NCBI GenBank assembly: GCA_964016885.1
Contig: OZ024743.1
Coordinates: 246,264,001-246,328,000 of the forward strand
Reading direction: 5' to 3'
DNA from: Eledone cirrhosa
Lineage: Eukaryota
Length of the DNA stretch: 64,000 bases
Within the stretch, counting starts at the first letter, position 1. Each line of letters starts with the position of its first letter. The translations under genes and the position numbers were made by a program. The notes under the pieces are model-generated. The model searched no databases and had not been told where the DNA came from. It was given only the letters and a program-made list of their open reading frames with translations. Below are positions 54,376-64,000 of the stretch, one piece after another.

Positions 54376-55573
54376 AATCCATACAGGTGTGTATATATAT
54401 GTATGTACGCACAAGTGCATATATATATATATACAACAGAGGCCCCCAAATCCAAGTATATGGCAGACATATTTTTAAAGAAAAGTAAAGTGGGTGTTTG
54501 GAAAAGTTATTGTTTAGACTAGACAAAAGTAGAGTGTGATATATATCTTCACAGCAATAGCTTGGGGGATTTGGAGCTTAGGCGAATCCCTTAGTACAGA
54601 CATATATAGGTACAAGCACCCACCCACACTTTTATACCTCTGGATGCTTGTGTATGTCTAAATACACATGTGCACTCATACAAGAGAGCATATACAAATA
54701 TACTCTTAAGCATACACTCAAACATTTTTCAAATGCAACCTGGGGTATTATTATTTCGTTGCGTTCACATAAGTGTGTACATTCACGTAATCCCAGTATA
54801 CACACATACGGCACGGTTGCGGGCACTCATTCATGCGTATAGGGTTAGTACCTTGGGATAATTGTTCTTCCTGTGTGGGCCACTCCCAGGGGGGCTTCCT
54901 CAGGTTCAATAAACGTGGTTTTGCTGACTCCTAACCAGTTGAGGATCCGGTGGACAATCCACCGTAGGGACCACAACCTATGGGTGGGTGTTGTTGCCCA
55001 TTGGTCGTTGGTACGGGGTGTAATGGACCTACAGGGGGTGAGGGCGTTGTGGGAGGCCATAACCGGGGTTTATCCATATAGCTTGAGGAAAGTTCCCGTC
55101 CTTAGGTGTCTGCAGGCGCCGAATAAGTCGGCCCTTCTGTTTAATAGCTTGGTTCCGCCATGAAGTACCTTGAGTGTCTCACTAAGACAGAGGCTGCAAA
55201 TACCAGACCCACCTCTGTCTGGGGGAACCTTTCTAACCACGGACCAGACCAGAGAGTGCAGGGTCTTTTCAAGTTTGAGCTTCCAGATCAATTCAGAAAG
55301 GGCCGTACATATATATACAATGATATTAAATAAATAGAAACTATATTTATAAAACCATATTTATTCAATTATATATATTTCAAGGGTACCAAAATTTTGG
55401 TACGTTATCATCATCAGATAAAATACAAAATGTTTTATAAATATTTGACATGACCAAGGATAATATACCTTAACGGTTCAAGTTATCCCTGGATAACTCT
55501 GTCGAGTGCTCTGAATCAGTTATAAACATTTATATTTATTTGTATTTCCAACAAATTAAATATCCCTTCTACT

Positions 55574-55616
<43 letters not shown>

Positions 55617-55926
55617 TGTCTTCTCGTCAATGATTCGCGAGATCTTATGTTCACATGTATCACTGACTTGTTCTCACATTCTTCCACTCCTTTCGTTGCC
55701 TTACCATTCTTGTTTGTTTACATGTCTTTCTTTCTCCACCCAATTTTTTTATCCCAATAACTTATTTTAGTTATTGTTCGCGCTGGCCTGAGGTATATGA
55801 TCTTTTATACGAAGAAATACGTAGGATGGCCAGAAGATTACTGATGATGGATAGTCCTGGCTTCTCGCTCTATTTTTTAATTCATACGTATCACATTCGC
55901 AACAACGCAGCACAGCATTTTTCATT

Positions 55927-56037
<111 letters not shown>

Positions 56038-59000
56038 TTACATATATATATATATATATCTTCGAATGTTCTGATTGTTCAATGCTCATGAAATTAACGT
56101 GTAACTGACAAGCCATTCCACGGACACATACACTTAACGTAATTCTCAGGGAGATTCAGCATGACACTGTGTGATAAGGTGGGCCATTTGAATTACAGGT
56201 ACAGTCCTGACGGGTCTCCAAACAGTTACCACTTAATTTCACTCGTATGGCATGGGTTCACCCAAGAATGGTAAATGATACTTGTCCAAGATGTCACATA
56301 GTGCGATCGAAGCTGGGACCTAATGCTTGAGAAGTGAACTCCTTAATTGTTTGACCCTGCTACATCTGTGAATACATATCAGCATACAGAAGTTCCCACA
56401 GATAGGCAATTTTAAACACCTCTGTTATAGCCTAGAGAATTAGTTATGGTGAGAAGCAGTTTGCATTGTGCCAGGTAAGATTACCACAGATACCCTCATC
56501 TTAGTGAGAGAAACTCCAAGGGATATTCCTAGCTAAGAGCAGGCCACATATTTAGCTTTCGGTGATTGGAGAAAGTCTCTGATAGAGCACCACAATCTGT
56601 AGTCTGGTGATCTATGTGTAGCCTGTGAGGTAGTGCAAGTCAGCAAAGTTGGAGTAGGCAGTAAGCTTAGTGAAGAATTGGGTGTACAGCCTACTCCTGT
56701 TCATTAGAATTCTCCAGGCCATAACAGAGGAGTTTAACACTGGCTGTCCATAAGAACTCCTGTATGCTGATGATCGAGTACTTATAGCTGCTGAATCTGC
56801 AGAAGAAATTACAACAATAGAAACAAAACCTAAAATGGAAAGGCTTCTTTGCTCACTTATTCCTGGGAGGGTTATGGGGGAGGAGTCCTTAAGCACAACT
56901 TCCAGTGAGTCCTGTCAGAAGCAACCATCTCCAATTGATCCGGCTGGATGCCCAAGTAAGATCAGCCAAGCTCATGGATGTTATCCAACCATCTTGCTTG
57001 GGGTCAATCCTTGTCTCCTGCCGGCTGGTTTGCCCATAAAATCTGTCTAGCAATTCTTTCCCAAGACATTCTAACTATATATCCATAGTATCAGTGCTAT
57101 GATCTCTCAATTTGGAGAAGTAACAGCTTTACCACAAGTGATTCTCTGATCTCTGAGCTACACACTCAATTGATTAACGTTACTCCAAAGACCCTTCGGC
57201 CACTTGTATTTGCAATCATATTCTTTTGGTCATTATCCAAGATTCATGACCATAGGTATGGGTTGGCATGAATACCAAATTGAAGATGTTCTGCTAGAGA
57301 ACAGGTCACAGGTGGGAGATAGCAATACAGTCTTGCAATATATGTGGACTACTGCCAGATGAATAAGCAGCCCCAAACAAACATCAATAAACTACTATTG
57401 GAAACGAAGCAATGAGTGACACTGTTAGCTCCCAAGAAAACTTTCATAACCCAATGATGTAGCTATGACGAGGAGAATAAAGGCTGCCTCTAAAAAAAAC
57501 CATAACCTATGGCTCTGGTATTGTCAGTTCCAATAGCCAATAGATGTTCAATGTTAATTTATTTTCCATTTGCTTATTTTCTCAAAGCATCTACAATTCC
57601 TTTTGTATTTTACTAAGGCACCAAATCAAAATATGCACAACTTTTTTGTAATTGTTGCTGAAATATTTTATAACCATTCCCAGAAGCTTTGTTACTGTCA
57701 TATCATTGAACTCTGGTCGAGGACACAATGAGCACCCTAGTGTTGTATTGGGGAAGTCCTGGTACCATGATAAAACACCCCAAGCCCATTCTGTAAAGTG
57801 GTATTGGTGGGCCACAATAAAAAACATCCAGTCACTCTGTAAGGTGGTGGTGATGATGCCATAATAAGATGCTCCCAGTATACACTGTAAAGTAGTTGGT
57901 GTTAGGAAGGGCATCCAACCATAGAAACCAAGCCAAAAGTAGATGAGCAAGACATCGTCACCTGAGCAGTCTAGTCTTAGACAAGACATCCTGTCTAACT
58001 CATGCAAGCATGGAAAACAGACATTAAATGGTGGTGATGATAATGAGTTCCTACATCAATAATCAAACCTTCAACAAGGTGTGGAAAAAGCACATTCTTT
58101 ACAAAATGTTCATGTTTGGTATGATGCTACTTTCCTTAGAAAACAGTTCCTTTACATTCTTACACAAATCCATTAAATTATTACAAGTGTTAGATGAAGA
58201 ATGGCAGCAATAGATGCTAAATTAGCTTTAAGCAATAAGGTTTCAGCACATCTTCTTATCAACTGGATTTGCTTTAAATAGAACTTATCTTATGTTCTTT
58301 TATTTGGCAATAGCTTACCAGCATAGAATATTTTTCTATGATGTTTCATATACAAAATTTGCAGTGCAAATTAGATGGATTAGCAAAAACTTCACATAAC
58401 TATTTACTAAATGGTGGTAGTGTAACCCATTTCTTTCAGAACCTCTGTTCATATATTTTCAAGAGCAGAAGCAGAAAGAAACAAACTTAAACTGTTTTGT
58501 GACTCCATTTCTAATAAAATACTCTATTCCAATTAATGAAGAATTTTAAAGGATTTATTCAAACGATCATTTATAAAATAGTAATGTAACATATGGTTCT
58601 TATATAAAATGATGCTGGAAGATTTTAATTTAAATAGGAACTCTTTAAAATAGGTAATTTTGTTCATAGAACCAGAGCCAATTTTGCCTGGGGTGGAATC
58701 AAAAGAGTTAAATGTATACTGTTTTTATAAAAAGTTGAATGCTCACAATTTCAGTTATTAAACAATTTGCTGAAAAATTACCAAGCAGTAATAATATTAG
58801 TGGTGGCATAACAGGTTATTTGTAAGTAGTACAAAAATATTTTTAAAATTAGAGATAAGGTTACTACATTTCATTGTTTCCAAGTTCTTTAAAGAAAAAG
58901 GCCCTTAACCTTTAAGTATTTCCATTATTCTATATTTACTATTATATTTTCATGATAAATGCTTTACCTCAGATAATATCGAATCTATGATATTATTTAT

Positions 59001-59692
59001 TTTGAAAACAATACCTTAGCATTAGTATGTGTGGTTGGTTACAGCCAGTTTGAACAGAAAGGGGTGAGAGAATTCTGGCCAGATTTGGCGGGTTTAAATA
59101 TTAAAGCATTAATCCTGATGGAGTTGTAGGGGTGCAATCCAGACACACAGCATATCTTGGGCATTTTAAACATGGCAGAGCCCACCCCCCTTCAGATTGA
59201 GTATAAACAATTTCTTCCAGAGAAAGATATATAGTGAGAAGGATAGAAAGGAAGTGAGAAATAGATATAGAGGAAGAATCAACTTCAGTGCTCCACCAGT
59301 ACATTATTTATCAACTTCAAAATGATGAAAGGCAAAGTTGACCTCAATGGGAGTATAATTAGCCGGAACAAATACCAAGGCACTTAATCTAATGCCCTAA
59401 CAACTCTGTTAATTCGACGCCTTGTATCTATAAAAAGATAAGATTAAGTGGAAGCAACTGGTTAATGAAGATAACATTACCATATTCATCATCATCGTTT
59501 TAATCTGTTTTCCATATTGGTATGGGTTGGATAGATTGTCATAGTCTAAAACTAGACAGTTCAGATGACCACATCTTATACATATGTTCTATTTTGGCAT
59601 GATTTCTATGGCTGGATGTTCTTCCTAATGATAACCATTTTGCAGAGTGGACTGGGTGCATTTTATCATTGCACCAGCACTACCGCTTAACA

Positions 59693-60253
59693 GAATGTTA
59701 AAACATTTTTGAAATTTGAAAATAGAAGAGTCCCAATGCAGAGAAAAACTGCCATAACAGTTGATCACTATAGTTAAGAAAATTGGATAGATTATCCTTA
59801 GAGATAGAAAGATTTGGATATAGGTGCTGTGCCTCTACCAACTTCTTTCCATCTCTAAGGGTATAATCTGCCTAACCTCTTCAGGGCCACGTACAAGATA
59901 ACTTGTCCTAACATGTTTGAAATCTTTTCCAACACTTCATAACTTCAAACCTAAATGAGGTTACTAGTTTATTGATGTGATATTTGTAAATCATTCAGAT
60001 ATGTGTTGTTAATAAATGTTTGTTTTAAAAAATAGTCATTTTACTGAAAAAAAAAACCTGGCACAGCAACTGTAGCTGTGTAAAATATATGCGGCAGTCA
60101 ACAGCCTAATTTTCTCAACAATTATCTATAATTGTTTCTACTTTTGGCACAAGGCCAGCAATTATGCCAGTGCATTACTGGATCAACAATTATGACAGTT
60201 TTCTGCATCTGGGACTCTTACATTTTCAAATTTCAAACACTCTTAACACTTTG
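59693..60253. mobile_element. Old MITE with ~70-bp imperfect TIRs
   Basis: TTTGAAATTTGAAAA..AAGAGTCCCA..GTTGATC is inverted to GATCAAC..TGGGACTCTT..TTTTCAAATTTCAAA. Confidence 0.55.
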
Positions 60254-61080
60254 ATAATTCATTTAAAATGTAATTAAATTGTGAAAACATCATTTTAGCC
60301 ATTAGAATAAATCATAAAAGTACTGTTATATTCAACATTTTTATTTATTTCATGGTGTCAAAATTCTGTGACCTGGTCACTCACATAATTCCACTACAGC
60401 TGTTGCAGTGGAATTGTGTTATCTAAAACTCAACAAAATAAAATAATTAATTAACAGATTAAAATGTGATTCATATTGTGTATTTTGTAATACAGGGTTC
60501 CCCTCAAATTCATGGTTATCAACATTGTTATCGTCATCGTCAACTTCAATTTCATCATCATTAGTCTCAATTTTGTCATTCCCTACTTTAATTTCATCAA
60601 TTTCAATTTCATCATTACTGTAGGATGGAGTGATTTTTATTTCATTATATATAGTGAAAAATTGATATCAGTGGTTACTTGTCAAACAATTATAAAAAAA
60701 ATGTAAACATACTAAAGTTTTGCAAAGAAAGGATTACAAGTTTTGTATAAAGAAATTATCAAACCCTACATTACAGTAAATATAGATACATTTAAAACTA
60801 CATATTATACTGTGTACAACATGACAAAGACAACAATGAATAACATCAGTTTAACCTTTAATTCATTATTCACATTTCTTAACTCTCTTAACATATTCCT
60901 AAAAATTCCAGCACAATTGTTTTCAGTAAACAGAGTCAGACCAGACTTGATTCAATTATTTTAAATAATTCAATCAACATCTGTAATACTTTATAATTTA
61001 TGTTAACATGTTTTCTTTTGTTTGTTCCAAATCAAAAACTAATACCAAAAAAAATTTAAAGTTAAATTAACATACCAATA

Positions 61081-61518
61081 CAGGTTCACCATTCTTTTAT
61101 CTGAAATTCCCAAAACCGAAAAGCTCAAAAAAACCAAACATTTTTTCCAGGATGTCGTCTACTCACCAAAGCTCACGTTTGGTGCCAAACTTGACCTGAA
61201 TTGACCCACAATCAACACAGGTCACACAGTTGTGTCTCAGTGCTCCTACTAGTCAGATGCATGTCACCTCTGCTGCTCACGGAAATTTTGTTTATTTTTT
61301 GCTGATATTTTTTTTTATTTGAAGACTGTGAAAATGCCAGGATTCAAGGCACAAACTCGGGACCTCACAGCCACGAGCTGAGCACTCTACCACTGAGCCA
61401 CCCTGTCTCCTGTAATGTTTTATTTTTTAAAATGTTTAAGTCTACACTAAAAATCTTCCATTCCGAAATCCGAAAAGTGTCTGGTCCCAAGGTTTTCAGA
61501 TAAGAGATAGTGTACCTG
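61081..61518. mobile_element. Tigger/pogo-type MITE containing a tRNA-like SINE head (61337-61410, minus strand)
   Basis: TA|CAGGT...ACCTG|TA; imperfect ~25-bp TIR including TTATCTGAAA; CCGAAA subterminal repeats. Confidence 0.8.
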
Positions 61519-61784
61519 TAACAAGAAAACACCAGATAAAGTAATCTTCATACAGAGACTATACCTGAAAAACAAAAAAATGTGATTATCAAGGCTGGAA
61601 CACCTTTGAGCATATGTCTGATCAATCAGAGCTGATGTTCTTTTATAGATTTGGTCTGGTAGAACATCGTTTTTAAACTTTGATATGAAGGCCACACATT
61701 TTGGGAGAGGTGTGTAATCAGTTTAATCAACTCCAGCACTAGACTGATACTTTTGAAGAATAAAACACACACACACACATATGG

Positions 61785-62795
61785 GGTTCACCAGAACTCT
61801 GTTCGTAGCCCTCTCCTGTTTATGATCGTCCTCCAAGCTATAAAAAATGAGTTTAGAACTGGCTGCCCTTGATGAGAAGAAGTGGGTAGAAATTCCATTT
61901 GTTGTACCATATGCAAACTATGGGTATACAAGAGATGTAGTGGGATCTCAGGCAGGCTTACAAAGAACATAGGTTTTACATGTAGTCAATGCAGCAGAGC
62001 AGTAAACAGCAAGCACTCACAGAAAACAAGCTCTATCAAATTCTTAGAAGGCTCTATAGAAGCAGTTGACAGCTTCTGTTACCTGGGTAACCAAGTTAGC
62101 AGTGGAAGTGGTTGTTCCGAAAGTATAGTAGCCAGAGTGAAAACAGGATTGAGAAAGTTCAGGGAACTATTACTGCTGTTATCTGCAAAAGACCTTGGCA
62201 CTGTGTCCAGAGGACCTACGAAATTTAGAAAGAAATGAAGCCTGCATGCTCCAACAGATGTGTAATAGGCTTCATTTCTTTCTAATCTCCATAAGTCCTC
62301 TGCACACAGCACCCAGGGCTTTTTTAGCTAACCGCCGTAATAGTTCCCTGTTTCTTGTCGAACCCATGCATACAAGCACTGAAAACTGAACACAATGCTG
62401 CTGAAATGGCTAAAAGCTCCAAGTCCACATTGTGAGGTGCTCATGTTAGTGACATGACAAAAGAGCACCCAATCCACCCTGTAAGGTGATCATGCTGGTG
62501 ATATGACAAATAAGCACCCAGTCCACCCTGTAAGGTGGTCGTGTTGGTGACACAACAAAAAGCACCCAGACCAACCTGCCAGTTGGTCGTTTTAGTGAAA
62601 TAGTAAAAAGCACCCAGTGCACACTGCAAATGTGTTTGGCGTTATGAAGGGCATCCAGCCATAAAAACTAAGCCAGAAACAATTCTGTATGAGCAAAACA
62701 CAGTCATCTGATCTGACTTATCTTGCAATGGGACAACTCGTCTAACCCATGCAATCATAGAAAAATGGACGTTAAATAGTAATGGTGATGATGAT
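61785..62795 (+). mobile_element. Rearranged RTE LINE fragment
   Basis: SPLLF and GRNSICCTICKLWVYKRCSG motifs, internal inversion 62195-62317, 44-bp repeats, (GAT)n tail. Confidence 0.8.
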
Positions 62796-63435
62796 ATATA
62801 TATGTATGTTATGTGTGTGTGTTATTTCCTTTTATGGCAGGTTATTAGAATACAAGTAAAATTTTAGGAATTAAAAAAAATCTTGTTATCTCTGTAAGAA
62901 ATTATATGAACAATGTGTCTATGTGTTTAAAATAAATTATTGCAGAATTATCATGATTCTAATTCAACCAATTATCTGCAAGCTTATTGCTTTATTTCCT
63001 GGGCAATAACAGGTTTACTTATAGTATATATAAGTTAAAGCAGTATTAATAATCAAACTTTTTGGGTGGGGGTAAATGTCTAATACGACACTATATACTT
63101 TTAATACCAAACATGTCTTGATATTGAAGAGGTCATCAGATTTTTTAGATGTCGTGGTGGAGCAAAACATTTATGAACCAATGTACTACTGTCTTATACA
63201 AGAAAGAATACATTGTATGCCTTTGCTCATAGATCTGCTCATTCAGCACTAACTGGGGACTAAACAACAACTGTATCTTAACTATTTTCATACTAACCCA
63301 GCAAAAACTGGCACTTGTTCTATGAAACAAAACCACCCCTTTTAAAGAGTTTCTATTCAAATTAAAATCTTCCAACTTAATTTTATAAGAGAAGCATATG
63401 TTAAATTAATATCTTAGTAATGAAATAATTAATAA

Positions 63436-63924
63436 TCTTAACTATAATAAAGGAAGGTCTGTGGGATTGCGTCCAGAATATATTTTTTTACGCCGTTTGT
63501 AAATTAAGTTGGATTACTTTGAATAAATAATGAATGAATATTACATAATTTATGTGCTAAATTTTGTGGCTGTTGATTAAATATATTTTATAGCTTAATC
63601 TTTAAAATTCACCTCTTTAAAATTATCGAATGTCAACACTTCCGGTTAGCAGCCGTTATATTATAACAGTTATAATCGCATATATTTCCGTCGCTAATTT
63701 TCTCCTAATGCAGTTTATATATAATGTCGTCTTTTTCTTAATATATCATGGATTACTGATTCAGAAGACAGTGTAACATAGGCTTTGTTCAATTTCTGTG
63801 TATATCGTCAATTACGATTTTATTTGATGTATCATATTTACATGCATATATATTTGTGTATAATATCAATATACACACTACACATGCTAGCAGAAAACCA
63901 CCCGTATGGTGGTTTTTCTGCTAG
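63436..63924 (+). mobile_element. Non-autonomous Helitron inserted in a piggyBac-like MITE
   Basis: A|TCTTAACTATAATAAAG...ACCACC-cgtat-GGTGGT hairpin-TTTTCTG-CTAG|T; the joined flanks match the uninterrupted MITE at 7450-7545. Confidence 0.7.
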
Positions 63925-64000
63925 TCTTAATAATACTTTCAAAATTCTTCATTAATTAATTGATATAGTGTATTTAATTAGAAATATGGTCATGAACAGG

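Larger units (their letters stand above)
53615..55305 (-). mobile_element. PLE 3' fragment(s): Neptune-like GIY-YIG C-terminus plus pLTR
   Basis: TALSELIWKLK...WS...CSLCLSE...LNRRADLFGACRH (55070-55305) starting at a TA run; HHR downstream; may be composite. Confidence 0.75.

Noticed and set aside
61337-61410. tRNA gene
   Set aside because: Degenerate SINE-type head; no complete cloverleaf

Overview
AT-rich, microsatellite-laden eukaryotic DNA with one 200-N gap and no recognisable host protein-coding gene. The SINE/RTE families suggest a coleoid cephalopod (Octopus-like); this is inferred from remembered repeat motifs, not from a search. Most long ORFs in the track are microsatellite artefacts. 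The real coding sequence is retroelement-derived: a degraded Naiad-like Penelope-like element (PLE; RT + GIY-YIG, 25.35-29.24 kb), an intact R4/Dong RLE retrotransposon (36866-40258) with a 5'-truncated tandem copy and Tx1/L1 fragments in one (AAT)n tract, a GC-rich CRE-clade fragment, a Neptune-like PLE 3' fragment and many RTE fragments. There are also two Helitrons, piggyBac- and Tigger-type MITEs and tRNA-derived SINEs. The most interesting signal is non-coding: a set of type I hammerhead ribozymes (HHR) found by manual folding. A 591-bp HHR-bearing tandem repeat (retrozyme-like, three near-identical ribozyme copies with a U3-A8 core) sits in the (TA)n tract of one arm of a fold-back element with ~1.16-kb arms that has its own HHR. 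These two HHRs and a third at 2.7 kb share an unusual long, branched stem II and a palindromic stem III despite unrelated sequences.
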